Shown here one piece after another: positions 20,993-31,165 of a DNA stretch of 64,000 nucleotides. This DNA comes from an uncultured Chloroflexia bacterium. Lineage in GTDB: Bacteria > Chloroflexota > Dehalococcoidia > DSTF01 > JALHUB01. Position 1 is the first letter of the stretch. Each line of letters begins with the position of its first letter. A model generated the notes under the pieces. It worked only from the letters and a program-made list of their open reading frames with translations. It was not told the DNA's origin and did no database searches. Position numbers and translations under genes: made by a program. The stretch lies in assembly GCA_963703345.1 (NCBI GenBank), contig OY969814.1, positions 1,728,001 through 1,792,000 of the forward strand, in the 5' to 3' direction.

Positions 20993-22659
20993 TAGTAGAC
21001 CCTCTTCTCCGGCTCCCAGCGCGTCTTCGTGACGGGGGCGTATTCGAGCCGAGGCTCCGCGTCGGTCTGGAAGGCGAGCGTGTGCTTCATCCAGGCGGCG
21101 TCGTCGCGCTCCGGGAAGTCCCGCCGCGAGTGGGCGCCGCGGCTCTCCTCGCGCTGAAGAGCGCCGAGCGCTATCACTTCCGCCAGGTCGAGCATGAAGC
21201 CAAGCTCGACGACCGACAGGAGCTCGAAGTTGAAGACCTTGCCCTTGTTCCGCACCGGCACTCTCGTCCAGCTTTCCCGGAGCTCGCGCACACGGCTCAG
21301 AGTATCCGCGATCCCTTCTTTCGTGCGGAAGATGCCGACACCCCTGTTCATCGCCCCGGCCATTTCGCCGCGGATGGCGGCCATGCTTTCGCCGTCGTTC
21401 GGGCGGGCGAGGAGCGCTGCCAGCGTTTCGGCGTCGCGTCGCACAAAGTCGGTGGAAGGCGACGGCGCGGGCTGCGAGGCGACGGAGGCGGCTGCCGCTT
21501 TGCCGGCGCGCCGTCCGAAGGTGATCGTCTCGAGAAGCGAGTTGCCGCCGAGCCGGTTGGCGCCGTGGACGCTGACGCAGGCGCACTCGCCGCAGGCGAA
21601 GAGACCATCCAGAGGCGTGGCGCCGTCGGCGTTTGTCTTGACGCCGCCCATGGCGTAGTGCATGCCGGGTCGAACGGGCACGGGCGCGGAGACGAAGTCG
21701 GTATTCGTGAGGTCGAGGGCAAGCTCGCGGATCTGGAAGAGGCGCTCGTTGATCTTCTTCGCGCCGAGGTGGCGCAGGTCGAGGAGGACGCAGCCGTCGA
21801 CGCCGCGGCCTTCGTCGATCTCCGTCTGCTCGGCGCGGGAGACGACGTCGCGGGCGGCGAGCTCCATCTTGTTCGGAGCGTAGCGGGCCAGGAAGCGCTC
21901 GCCCTCGGCGTTCAGCAGGTAGCCGCCTTCGCCGCGGGCGCCCTCGGTGATGAGGACGCCGCTCTCCTTGAGGGTCGTCGGGTGGAACTGCACGAACTCC
22001 ATGTCCATAAGCGGCACGCCGGCCCGATAGGCGAGGGCGTGGCCGTCGCCGGTGGAGATGAGGGAGTTGGAGGTCGGCGAATAGATGCGTCCCAGACCGC
22101 CGGCGGCAAGCACGACGGCTTTCGCGGGCAGGGCTTCGACGTCACCGGTGCGCATGTTCATGGCGATCACGCCGCAGCAGCACCCGCCTTCGACGATGAG
22201 CGACGTGACGAACCACTCGTCGTAGGTGCGGACGCTCAGCTTGAGGGTCTGCTCGTGGAGGACGTGCAGGAGCGCCTGGCCGGTGATGTCGGCGACGTAG
22301 CAGGTGCGAGGGAAGCCGGCGCCGCCGAAGGGCCGCTGGGCGATGCGCCCGTTGGGAAGGCGATCGAAGACGGCACCCATATGCTCGAGCTCGATGATGT
22401 CGTCGGGAGCTTCGCGGCACATGGCCTCGATGGCGTCCTGGTCGCCGAGGTAGTCGCTGCCCTTGACGGTGTCGTAGGCGTGGCTTTCCCAGGAGTCGTC
22501 GTCACCGACGGCGGCGTTGATGCCGCCCTGAGCGGCAACGGAGTGGGAGCGCAGGGGGTAGACTTTGCTGAGGAGCGCAACGTCGACGCCGGCGCGGGCC
22601 ACCTCGAGGGCGGCGCGCATTCCGGCCAGGCCGGCTCCGACGACGAGAACGTCATGCAT
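20992..22659 (-). CDS. sdhA: Succinate dehydrogenase flavoprotein subunit
   Basis: [16 protein letters not shown] (FAD His), [28 protein letters not shown]. Confidence 0.95.
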   Translation of the reverse strand: MHDVLVVGAGLAGMRAALEVARAGVDVALLSKVYPLRSHSVAAQGGINAAVGDDDSWESHAYDTVKGSDYLGDQDAIEAMCREAPDDIIELEHMGAVFDRLPNGRIAQRPFGGAGFPRTCYVADITGQALLHVLHEQTLKLSVRTYDEWFVTSLIVEGGCCCGVIAMNMRTGDVEALPAKAVVLAAGGLGRIYSPTSNSLISTGDGHALAYRAGVPLMDMEFVQFHPTTLKESGVLITEGARGEGGYLLNAEGERFLARYAPNKMELAARDVVSRAEQTEIDEGRGVDGCVLLDLRHLGAKKINERLFQIRELALDLTNTDFVSAPVPVRPGMHYAMGGVKTNADGATPLDGLFACGECACVSVHGANRLGGNSLLETITFGRRAGKAAAASVASQPAPSPSTDFVRRDAETLAALLARPNDGESMAAIRGEMAGAMNRGVGIFRTKEGIADTLSRVRELRESWTRVPVRNKGKVFNFELLSVVELGFMLDLAEVIALGALQREESRGAHSRRDFPERDDAAWMKHTLAFQTDAEPRLEYAPVTKTRWEPEKRVY

Positions 22660-22830
22660 AGTCGTTCTGGCGTCCGGGTCGCGGAGCCGCCGGGCGATGC
22701 CTGTCGATGAGACGTGTGGGGCTTCACGACGCGGAACGTCCCCATGATAGGACAAACGCGCCTTTGAGGCGAGGCGCCCGTCGAGCGACGGAGCGGCGCA
22801 GCGCGACGAGGAGGAGCGCGTGGCTACAAG

Positions 22831-22945
22831 CTCCCCGAGCGCGTGTCTGAGACGCAGCTATAAGCAGCCCGGAGCGCGTGCCTGCAGGGCGTGGCCTCAA
22901 ACTCCCCGAGCGCGTGTCTGAGACGTAGCTATAAGCAGCCTGGAG
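22831..22945. repeat. Two 44-bp direct repeats (22831-22874, 22902-22945), period 71 bp
   Basis: ctccccgagcgcgtgtctgagacg(c/t)agctataagcagcc(c/t)ggag, 2 mismatches. Confidence 0.9.
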
Positions 22946-22946
22946 G

Positions 22947-23498
22947 TCAGGCAACGGAGCGGCGCAGGGCGACGAGCAGGAGGGCGGCTATCGATTTGGC
23001 GTCCTGGATTTCGCCGCTATCAACGAGGCGCAGGGCTTCTGTCCAGGATACGCCCAGCGCCCGCAGGTCGTCTTCGTCGCCGGTGTCCAGCGGCGCTTCT
23101 TCCAGGTCAGTCGCCAGGAAGAGGTGGATGTACTCGTTCGAGTAGCCGGGGCTGAGGAAGAAACCGCCCATTCGCTGGAGGGAGCGCGGTCGAAAGCCGG
23201 TCTCTTCACGCAACTCGCGTTCCGCGCACGCTTCCGGCGACTCGCCCTCATCGATTGTGCCGGCTGGCAGCTCCAGGAGGACGCGCCCCACAGGATGCCG
23301 GTACTGGCGCACGAGGAAGACGCAGTCGTGCTCGTCAACGGCAACGAGGAGGACGGCGCCGGGATGCTCGACGACTTCGCGGGTGGACTCACCGCGCGCG
23401 CTCTCCACGGTGTCGACGCGCACTTTCAGGAGGCGGCCGCTGAAGGGCCGCTCGCTGCGGAGGACGCGAGGCGGAGTCGGATCGGGCTGGTCGGGCAC
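22947..23498 (-). CDS. NUDIX hydrolase (ADP-ribose pyrophosphatase-like)
   Basis: Nudix box GTIDEGESPEACAERELREETG; RQYRHP, LSPG, IQDAKS. Confidence 0.9.
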   Translation of the reverse strand: MPDQPDPTPPRVLRSERPFSGRLLKVRVDTVESARGESTREVVEHPGAVLLVAVDEHDCVFLVRQYRHPVGRVLLELPAGTIDEGESPEACAERELREETGFRPRSLQRMGGFFLSPGYSNEYIHLFLATDLEEAPLDTGDEDDLRALGVSWTEALRLVDSGEIQDAKSIAALLLVALRRSVA

Positions 23499-23525
23499 GG
23501 GAACCTCCTTGTTCGGCAGCTCCGG

Positions 23526-23990
23526 CTAGATGTCCAGCACCATCGCCGTTTCGTCGCAGTTCATGAACTTGGGACAGCGGTAGCACTCGCTCCAGACCTT
23601 GCGGGAGAGCGTCATGGCGTCCGCCTGGGAGAAGCCGAGCTTCTGGAAGAAAGCCGGTTTCATGGTGAGGGCAAAGACGCGCTTCAAGCCCAACAAGCGC
23701 GCTTCATCGAGGCAGGCGCGAACGAGCAGCGAGCCGATGCCGAGCGACTGGCTCTCCTCGCGCACGGCGAGGGAGCGCACTTCCGCCAGGTCCTCCCAGT
23801 TGATGTGCAGGGCGGCACAACCCACGACTTCGCCCTCATGGCGGACGACGAAGAAGTCGCGCAGGGTCTCGAAGAGCTCAGCGGGAGCGCGCGGAAGCAT
23901 GTCGCCCCTACGGGCGAACTCGTTGACCAGCTCGCTCAGCCGCGCGATGTCGCCGACGGCTGCCTTCTTCACCCTGAAGCTTTCGGACAA
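23526..23990 (-). CDS. GNAT N-acetyltransferase, short ArgA-like
   Basis: MLPR, GCAALH, AEVRSLAV, GIGSLLV, C-terminal CxxCPKFxNCDE. Confidence 0.8.
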   Translation of the reverse strand: MSESFRVKKAAVGDIARLSELVNEFARRGDMLPRAPAELFETLRDFFVVRHEGEVVGCAALHINWEDLAEVRSLAVREESQSLGIGSLLVRACLDEARLLGLKRVFALTMKPAFFQKLGFSQADAMTLSRKVWSECYRCPKFMNCDETAMVLDI

Positions 23991-24014
23991 TCGTTTTCTC
24001 CTGTCTTTCGCCGC

Positions 24015-24914
24015 CTACGGCCCGTCCGCCGCGGGATCAGGCGCGCTTTCGTCCGCCTCGAAGCTGCGCCGCCAGCGCAGGCGCACGGCCACGCGCTCGT
24101 AGAAGCCCGGCGAGTCGGAGAAACGCAGGAAGCGCGCGATGTGCGGGCTAAGGCTGGCGCGCACGACTTCACCGGCACCGAGCTCGAAAGCGGGCTCGCC
24201 ATCGAGGCTGACGGAGGCGGCGTGGTCGGGGTCGAGGAAGAGATCGACGACGGAGGACCCGGGCAGGACGAGCGGGTTGGTCTGACCGAGATGGGGCGCA
24301 ACCGGGATGAGCACCATCTCCTTCGCCTGCGGATAGAGGATGGGTCCACCGATAGCCTGGGCGTAGGCGGTGCTCCCCGTGGCGCTGGCAACGATGACGC
24401 CGTCGGCGCGGTAGTCGGCGACGAGGGCGCCGTCGATGTAAGCGCTGATCAGGATCGTGCGGCCGAGGGCGGTGCGCCCGATGACGACATCGTTGAGGGC
24501 ATGAAGGTAGGGCTGCGCGCCCCTAAGGACGGGGCCATCGCGACCGGCGACGACCTGCACGTGCAGCATCGCTCTCTCCTCGACGTGCCAGCGGCCGGCG
24601 AGGACGTCCGGCAGGCGACGGAGCGAGTTGTCGCCGTCGCGCAACTCCGTCAGAAAGCCGAGGCGGCCCAGATTGATGCCGAGCAGCAGCACTTCGTGCG
24701 GGACGATAAGCCGCGCCGCGCGCAGCACTGTGCCGTCGCCGCCGATCGATATCAGGAGGTCCGTGCCCGGGACCTGCTTCTTCGCGTTCGCCTCGTCCCA
24801 GGCCTCGCTGGTCCAGACTTCGGCGACTTCGCGGGCGATGGCGGAGCGCAGGGTCTGCAACAGCTCGCCGGCCGCGGCCAGCTTCGAATGATAGATGATG
24901 CCGACCCTCTTCAT
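24015..24914 (-). CDS. nadK: NAD kinase
   Basis: GGDGT, GINLGRLGFL, LNDVVI, ADG, TGSTAY. Confidence 0.93.
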   Translation of the reverse strand: MKRVGIIYHSKLAAAGELLQTLRSAIAREVAEVWTSEAWDEANAKKQVPGTDLLISIGGDGTVLRAARLIVPHEVLLLGINLGRLGFLTELRDGDNSLRRLPDVLAGRWHVEERAMLHVQVVAGRDGPVLRGAQPYLHALNDVVIGRTALGRTILISAYIDGALVADYRADGVIVASATGSTAYAQAIGGPILYPQAKEMVLIPVAPHLGQTNPLVLPGSSVVDLFLDPDHAASVSLDGEPAFELGAGEVVRASLSPHIARFLRFSDSPGFYERVAVRLRWRRSFEADESAPDPAADGP

Positions 24915-24924
24915 CCGTCTGTCC

Positions 24925-25659
24925 TCATGTCGCCGGCGTGCTCCACAGAACGAAGAACTCCTTGTTGCCCGCCGGCCCGAGAAGGGACGACGTGGTCAGC
25001 CCCAGCAAACGCAACCCCTGCCCGGTCCCCCAGGCGACGTGCCGTCCGAGAACGGCGGCGTGGACCTGCGGGTCGCGCACGACGCCCTTCTTGCCGACCT
25101 CGCTTCGCTTCGCCTGGAACTGCGGCTTGACGAGGGCGACGATGCGGGCGCCGGGCTCGAGAAGCTTCATCACCGCCGGCATCACCTTCTCGAGCGAGAT
25201 GAAGGAGACGTCGATTGTGGAGACGCCTGCCTTCTCCGGCAGCGATTCCAGATATCTTATGTTAACACGCTCCAGGACCGAGACGCGCGCGTCTTGCCGC
25301 AGGCGAAAGTCGAGTTGCCCGTAGCCAACGTCGACGGCGTACACATGGGCGGCGCCCGCCTGCAGCAGGCAGTCGGTGAAGCCGCCGGTCGATGCGCCGA
25401 CGTCGACGGCGACGAGGCCTTCGATGTCCAGGCCGAATGCTTTCAGGGCACCGGCCAGCTTCTCGCCGCCGCGGCTGGCGTAGCGGTCGCCGGCAGCGAC
25501 TTCGACGGCGGCAGCGGCGTCGACGAGGGCGCCAGCCTTAGCGACAGGCCGTCCTTCGACAAGAACAGCGCCCGCCATGATGAGCGCGCGCGCTTTCTCG
25601 CGGCTCTCGACCAGGCCGCGCTGGACGAGAAGTATATCGAGACGGCTTTTCCCCGCCAC
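24925..25659 (-). CDS. tlyA: TlyA-family rRNA methyltransferase
   Basis: S4 domain RLDILLV..SREKA, YASRGGEKL, DVGASTGGFTD, DVSFISL, KPQF. Confidence 0.92.
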   Translation of the reverse strand: MAGKSRLDILLVQRGLVESREKARALIMAGAVLVEGRPVAKAGALVDAAAAVEVAAGDRYASRGGEKLAGALKAFGLDIEGLVAVDVGASTGGFTDCLLQAGAAHVYAVDVGYGQLDFRLRQDARVSVLERVNIRYLESLPEKAGVSTIDVSFISLEKVMPAVMKLLEPGARIVALVKPQFQAKRSEVGKKGVVRDPQVHAAVLGRHVAWGTGQGLRLLGLTTSSLLGPAGNKEFFVLWSTPAT

Positions 25660-25744
25660 ATCAGGAAGGATAGTGGCGGCCAAGAGGAGAGTCAAGGAAG
25701 GCGTCAATTGACCCGCCGGATCGGAGCCCGTATCATCGATAATC

Positions 25745-26734
25745 ATGGCAGATAGCGAACCGTTCGCCTCCGAGGGCGCCGCACCCATTCCGGCCGGCGC
25801 TTCGTTGACGGGCCTGAGCAGCGCGGGCGCCCTCTCCACCCTCGGCAACGTCATCGTATCGATGCGGCCGAAGCAGTGGACGAAGAATATCCTCGTCTTC
25901 ATGGCGTTCATCTTCTCGCTGGGCGAGACGTGGCATGTGAGCGAGCCGTCGGGCTGGCTGCCGCTGGTCGGCAAGACGGCGGCGACGTTCGCGCTCTTCT
26001 GCATGGTCTGCGGCGCGGACTACCTGATCAACGACGTCCGCGACCGCGAGAGCGACCAGCTTCACCCCAAGAAGCGAACGCGTCCCATCGCGTCGGGGCG
26101 ATTGTCGACGCGGACGGCGGTCATCGCGGCTGTTGCGCTGATGGCGATGGGCCTGGCGGGCGGATTCGCGCTGGAGTGGCGGGTCGGCGCGGTCATCGGC
26201 GGCTACATCGTCATCATGGTGGCGTACTCATACTACCTCAAGCACATGGTGCTGCTGGACCTGATGACTATCGCCGGCGGCTTCGTGATGCGGGCGATGG
26301 CGGGCGCGTTCGTCATCAACGTGCCGATTTCGCCGTGGCTGTACGTGGTGACAGCGCTGGGTGCCCTGTTCCTGGCGATCAACAAGCGTCGGGCGGAGAT
26401 CGTGCTGCTGAAGGACGACGCTAACCAGCACCGTCCGACGCTGGAGGAGTACACGCCGGCGTTGCTGGACCAGATGGCGTCGATAGTGACGGCGTCGACG
26501 CTGGTGGCGTACGGGCTGTACACGTTCACGGCGACGGCGCTGCCGGCCAACCACTCGATGATGCTGACGATACCGTTCGTGCTGTACGGGATCTTTCGCT
26601 ATCTGTACTTGGTGCACGTGCGCGGCGAGGGCGGGAGTCCGGAGGAGGTGCTGCTGAAGGACGCACCGTTGATGGTGGACATTCTGCTGTGGGTAGCAGT
26701 GTCGGGGATACTGCTGGCGGTAGCGAGGGAGTAG
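25745..26734 (+). CDS. UbiA-family decaprenyl-phosphate phosphoribosyltransferase-like protein
   Basis: MRPKQWTKN, YLINDVRDRESDQLHPKKRTRPIASG, YSYYLKH, KRRAE, TIPFVLYGIFRYL. Confidence 0.85.
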   Translation: MADSEPFASEGAAPIPAGASLTGLSSAGALSTLGNVIVSMRPKQWTKNILVFMAFIFSLGETWHVSEPSGWLPLVGKTAATFALFCMVCGADYLINDVRDRESDQLHPKKRTRPIASGRLSTRTAVIAAVALMAMGLAGGFALEWRVGAVIGGYIVIMVAYSYYLKHMVLLDLMTIAGGFVMRAMAGAFVINVPISPWLYVVTALGALFLAINKRRAEIVLLKDDANQHRPTLEEYTPALLDQMASIVTASTLVAYGLYTFTATALPANHSMMLTIPFVLYGIFRYLYLVHVRGEGGSPEEVLLKDAPLMVDILLWVAVSGILLAVARE

Positions 26735-26762
26735 ACTCGCGATCGTCCACGCCATGAAGACG

Positions 26763-26789
26763 GCCGAGGCTGGAAAGCCTCGGCTACGT
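26763..26789. repeat. REP-like palindrome (GTAG + hairpin on minus strand); possible terminator between convergent genes
   Basis: gccgaggct-ggaa-agcctcggc perfect 9-bp stem followed by tacgt; related copy at 34758-34803. Confidence 0.6.
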
Positions 26790-26892
26790 TTGTGCTTGGA
26801 GCGATTCCGGGAGGCGTCTCGAACGTCGAAAAATGCGCGAGGCCGATCCGCCAGGGGCGGACCGGCCCCTTTGCAATAGCCTGGATTGGCGG

Positions 26893-28197
26893 CTAGGCGG
26901 ACTCTTCTTCGGGTGGTTCTATCGCCTCGACGGTCTGGCCGGACTCGGTGATCATCACCGGCCGCTTGTGCCCGCTGATCGTCTCGCCGCCGACGACGCA
27001 TTTCTTGATGTCGCCGCGCGAGGGAATCTCGTACATTACGTCGAGCAGCGTGTCTTCGAGGACGGTGCGCAGGCCACGGGCGCCGGTGCGGTGTCGAATG
27101 GCCTGCTCGGCGCAGGCGCCAAGCGCTTCGTCGGTGAAGACGAGCTCGACGCCGTCGAAGGCAAAGAAGCGCTGGAACTGCTTGACGAGCGCGTTTTTCG
27201 GCTCGCTAAGGATGCGCACGAGCTCCGGCTGGCCGAGCGAGCTGAGGCTCACGACCATGGGCAGGCGGCCGACGAACTCGGGGATGAGACCGTAGTGCAG
27301 GAGGTCGTCGTGCGTGGTGTGCTTGAGCAGCTCGTCGGTGAGCTCCTGGCCGGTCTTCGTCTGACGGAAGTCGGTCGTGAAGCCCATGGACTTGCGCGTC
27401 TTGCCGATGCGCTTGTCGACGACGCGCTCCAGCCCTTCGAAGGCGCCGCCGCAGATGAACAGGATGTTCGTGGTATTGATTTGGATGAAGTCCTGGTGCG
27501 GGTGCTTGCGACCGCCCTGCGGCGGCACGTTGGCGATCGTGCCCTCGATTATCTTGAGTAGCGCCTGCTGCACGCCTTCGCCGGAGACGTCGCGGGTGAT
27601 TGACGGGTTGTCGCTCTTGCGGGCGATCTTGTCGATCTCGTCGATGTAGACGATGCCGCGTTCGGCCCGCTGGATGTCGTAGTCCGACGACTGGATGAGG
27701 TGCAGGAGGATGTTCTCGACGTCCTCACCGACGTAGCCGGCCTCGGTCAGGGCCGTGGCGTCGGCTATGGTGAAGGGGACGTCGAGGATGCGCGCCAGCG
27801 TGCGGGCAAGGAGCGTCTTGCCGGTGCCGGTGGGCCCGACGAGCAGGATGTTCGTCTTCTCCAACTCGACGCCGTCTACCGCCGTCTGGCGGGCGGCGCC
27901 GATGCGCTTGTAGTGGTTGTAGACGGCAACGCTGAGGACTTTCTTGGCCTGCTCCTGCCCTATCACCCACTCGCCTAGCTGGTCATAGATGAATTTGGGC
28001 GGCGGTACGCGTTGCGCCTTTGTTTTCGCCTTTACGGGACCGGCGACCTCTTCGTCGATGATCTCGCGGCAGAGCTCGACGCATTCGTCACAGATGTAGA
28101 CGGCGCCGGGCCCGGCGATGAGGCGTTTTACTTGATCTTGGTTTTTTCCACAGAAGGAGCAGTGATACTGTACTCTGCTGCTCCGGCCAGTCGGCAT
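26893..28197 (-). CDS. clpX: ATP-dependent Clp protease ATP-binding subunit ClpX
   Basis: CSFCGK..ICDEC zinc finger, [33 protein letters not shown]. Confidence 0.97.
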   Translation of the reverse strand: MPTGRSSRVQYHCSFCGKNQDQVKRLIAGPGAVYICDECVELCREIIDEEVAGPVKAKTKAQRVPPPKFIYDQLGEWVIGQEQAKKVLSVAVYNHYKRIGAARQTAVDGVELEKTNILLVGPTGTGKTLLARTLARILDVPFTIADATALTEAGYVGEDVENILLHLIQSSDYDIQRAERGIVYIDEIDKIARKSDNPSITRDVSGEGVQQALLKIIEGTIANVPPQGGRKHPHQDFIQINTTNILFICGGAFEGLERVVDKRIGKTRKSMGFTTDFRQTKTGQELTDELLKHTTHDDLLHYGLIPEFVGRLPMVVSLSSLGQPELVRILSEPKNALVKQFQRFFAFDGVELVFTDEALGACAEQAIRHRTGARGLRTVLEDTLLDVMYEIPSRGDIKKCVVGGETISGHKRPVMITESGQTVEAIEPPEEESA

Positions 28198-28246
28198 TTT
28201 CGACCTCGTATTCGCGACCTATGGGGCCGCGTCCAACCACTCAAAC

Positions 28247-28843
28247 CTAAAGCGGTGGTTTCTCCAGAATCTCGTCAACGATACCATACTCTTTCGCCTG
28301 CTGGGCATCCATGAAGAAGTCGCGGTCGGAGTCGCGGGCGATTCGCTCGGTCGACTGTCCAGTGTGCTTCGACAGGATGTCGCGGATGATCTGCTGCTCG
28401 CGCAGGATCTCCTTGGCGTGAATCTCAATGTCCGCGGCCTGACCGCGCACGCCGCCGGCCGCCTGGTGCATGTGAATCGTTGAGTTCGGCAGGGCGTAGC
28501 GCTTGCCGGGTTTGCCAGCGGCCAGGAGTATGGTCGCAAAGCTGGCCGACATGCCGACGCAGATGGTCGACACGTCAGGTCGAACGAGCTGCATGGTGTC
28601 GTAGATCGCCAGTCCGGCGGGCACGACGCCTCCAGGCGAATGGATGTACATGCTGACGTCGCGGTCCGGGTCTTCGCGCTCCAAATAGAGGAGCTGGGCG
28701 ATCATCAGGTTGGCGATCTGGTCGTCGATGGGCGTACCGAGGAAGATGATCCGCTCCTTGAGGAGGAGGGAGTAGATATCGAAGGCACGTTCGCCACGGG
28801 CGCCGCTCTCGATTACCATGGGTATCAGACTGTCGATTCTCAT
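28247..28843 (-). CDS. clpP: Clp protease proteolytic subunit
   Basis: [35 protein letters not shown]. Confidence 0.97.
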   Translation of the reverse strand: MRIDSLIPMVIESGARGERAFDIYSLLLKERIIFLGTPIDDQIANLMIAQLLYLEREDPDRDVSMYIHSPGGVVPAGLAIYDTMQLVRPDVSTICVGMSASFATILLAAGKPGKRYALPNSTIHMHQAAGGVRGQAADIEIHAKEILREQQIIRDILSKHTGQSTERIARDSDRDFFMDAQQAKEYGIVDEILEKPPL

Positions 28844-28922
28844 GCTTTTGCTCCTAGGGGCCCTGGGTGCGAGGCGGCATTCGTAACTTCAAACGTCGGG
28901 AGTGCAGCCATCATTACAGGGC

Positions 28923-30251
28923 TCATTCGCTATCCGTTTCTTCGGCCTGGTTGCTCTCCTCCGCTGTCTCGGGCGTTTTGTCGCTGGAGACGAGCTCGAC
29001 GAGTGTGTCCCAGGTCTTTCGCGTGAGAAGGGACCGTCGAATGGCATCGCGGCCGTCAGGGGTCCCGAACATTCGCCGGAACTGGTCGGCCTGCGTTCCC
29101 GCAGCAGAGATCACTCGCTCTGCCTCCTCGGTGACTTCTTTTTCATCGACGTCTATATTTTCGACTTCGGCCACCTGGGACAACAGTAGTGAATGTCTAA
29201 CTCTGCGCTCCGCAGTCTCACGCAACTGCCTGCGCAGCTCTTCTTCAGATTTGCCGATGCGCTGGAGGTACTGCTCCATGCCGCTCTCGCCGCGAGGGCC
29301 GAGCTGCTCGCGCAGGAGGTGGTCTATCTCCTTGTCCAGAAGGACCGGCGGGTATTCGATCTGCGCCGACTCGGCCATGGTGATGAGTATCTGCTCCTGG
29401 TAGCGCTCCAGCTCCGCCTGTTCTTCGGCCTTGCGCAGGTCGTCGGCGAGGCGCTGGCGCAGGGCGGCGATGCTATCGAATCCCTCGCCCACCTGGCGGG
29501 CAAAGACGACGTCGAGCTCGGGAAGCTGCTCTTCCTTCACTTCGCGGACGGCGACGCGGCAGTGACACTGTTTGGCGCCAAGCTTGCGCTCCGGGAAATC
29601 GGCGGGAAGCGGTAGCTCGACTTCCTTCTCGGCACCCTTGTTCAGTCCAACGATCTCTTCGGCGAGGCCAGGCAGGAAGACGGGGCGGTCCTTCTGAAGC
29701 TGGAACTCGATGTCTGAGCGGTCGAAGAGGGCGCGGCCGTCGACGGCGCCTTTCACGTCCGCGGTGATGACATCGCCCCAATCGGCGGGCCGCGTCACGG
29801 GCTGGAGGTTGGCGTAACGATGGCGAAGCTGGTCGAGCGCCTCGTCGACGCGCTCTTCGGGCACGACAACGGGGTCGCGCGGGAGCCACATCCGGTGGTA
29901 GTCGCCGAGCTCAACGGTTGGGCGAATGGGGACGGTCGCTTTCATTACGAGCGGATCCGTGCTGACCATTTCGACCTGCGGGAGCTCGATAGCGTCGATG
30001 TCCTCCTGCTCGATGGCTTCGCGATAGACCTCGGGAATGAGGCGATCGAGCGCTTCCTGAAGGAGCGTGTCATGGCCGACCTGGCGTTCGAGCATTGAGC
30101 GCGGGGCTTTGCCGCGCCGGAAGCCGGGCACGTTGGTGCGCTGGACCATACGCCGGTAAGCCGCGTCGAGCGACTTTTCGAGCCGCTCAGGCTCTACCTC
30201 AATCTCCAGCACAACTTGGCTCTGGGGAATGCGTTCCGTGGAAACCTTCAC
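28923..30251 (-). CDS. tig: Trigger factor
   Basis: VPGFRRGKAP signature; tig-clpP-clpX synteny. Confidence 0.95.
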   Translation of the reverse strand: MKVSTERIPQSQVVLEIEVEPERLEKSLDAAYRRMVQRTNVPGFRRGKAPRSMLERQVGHDTLLQEALDRLIPEVYREAIEQEDIDAIELPQVEMVSTDPLVMKATVPIRPTVELGDYHRMWLPRDPVVVPEERVDEALDQLRHRYANLQPVTRPADWGDVITADVKGAVDGRALFDRSDIEFQLQKDRPVFLPGLAEEIVGLNKGAEKEVELPLPADFPERKLGAKQCHCRVAVREVKEEQLPELDVVFARQVGEGFDSIAALRQRLADDLRKAEEQAELERYQEQILITMAESAQIEYPPVLLDKEIDHLLREQLGPRGESGMEQYLQRIGKSEEELRRQLRETAERRVRHSLLLSQVAEVENIDVDEKEVTEEAERVISAAGTQADQFRRMFGTPDGRDAIRRSLLTRKTWDTLVELVSSDKTPETAEESNQAEETDSE

Positions 30252-30387
30252 TTAGACCTCGGAATCCAATTATAGCATGCGGTGAGAGGGTAGGGAAGCT
30301 GGTGGCAGTTCCGCGCGCGGACTGACGCCAGGCCGCCGCAAGCCGGGGGCTCGGCCAGCGACCGCGAGGGCAAATCCGAGGCTAGCC

Positions 30388-31065
30388 CTACTGGTCAGCG
30401 CAGAAGAGGACCTCGACGCCCGACGGGTCGCTCTGGAAGCGCAGCCACTCGACGCTCTGGTCGGCGGGCAACTCGAAGCCGAGAACGCCCTGCGCCGTCG
30501 CCCCTACGCTGATGTTCTCGAGGAAACTCCCGTCCGTCGCGCCGACGGCGTCCAGGTTCTTGGGGAAATACTCCTTCCCGTCCCAGGTGTGGAGGCGAAC
30601 GTTGAGCGCCTCAAGGTCGGCGTGGCCGGTGTTCTCGGCCGTCACCCCGATGGCGACGTAGCGTTTGCCGGAGGGAGCAGCGCCGTCGTCCGAAGAAGGA
30701 ATCGCGGGATCTTTGATTGTCCTGATGGTCACCTGGGTGCCGACAGATTCGTTGTTTATCTGCCCCGACGAGGAACCCGCCGCATACAATGCCTCGATTG
30801 CACTCATCGACGTGCCGCCTCTCACAACTCCAACGACATCGAAAAGAACCACGCACGAAGCCATAGCGGCGACGTAGATGAAGGCCAGGATCAGGGCGGC
30901 AAGCAGGATGGCGCGGACCATTGCGCTGACCCTGCCGGCGTTGGGATCGATATGCGTCAGGCGGTCGAGGATGGTCTCCCGCTTGTCGCGGTACTCTTCC
31001 TCCGATATCGTCCCGCTTGTTCGCAGCTCCTCCAGCGCGCGCAGCCGTTTCGTTATGTCTGGCAT
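30388..31065 (-). CDS. Membrane protein with SHOCT and DUF4352-like Ig domain
   Basis: LRALEELRTSGTISEEEY (SHOCT), TM helix, PSGKRYVAIGVTAENTG...GVLGFELP. Confidence 0.7.
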   Translation of the reverse strand: MPDITKRLRALEELRTSGTISEEEYRDKRETILDRLTHIDPNAGRVSAMVRAILLAALILAFIYVAAMASCVVLFDVVGVVRGGTSMSAIEALYAAGSSSGQINNESVGTQVTIRTIKDPAIPSSDDGAAPSGKRYVAIGVTAENTGHADLEALNVRLHTWDGKEYFPKNLDAVGATDGSFLENISVGATAQGVLGFELPADQSVEWLRFQSDPSGVEVLFCADQ

Positions 31066-31165
31066 GTCACCTCCATGCGCCGTCGCCAGACGCGGCTATG
31101 AACCTACGACTCTGTCGTGCCGAGCCAGGTCATGCTAAGAGCAACCGGGAGGTTTGTCAAGCTAC

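Noticed and set aside
22831-22945. Possible mini CRISPR array
   Set aside because: Only two units, similarity extends into the would-be spacer, and no cas genes or leader are present
21082-25130. Long antisense ORFs (21082-22710, 23124-25130; likewise 34956-36905, 15886-17445, 1057-2538)
   Set aside because: Shadow ORFs opposite well-supported genes, expected in high-GC DNA; no recognisable motifs
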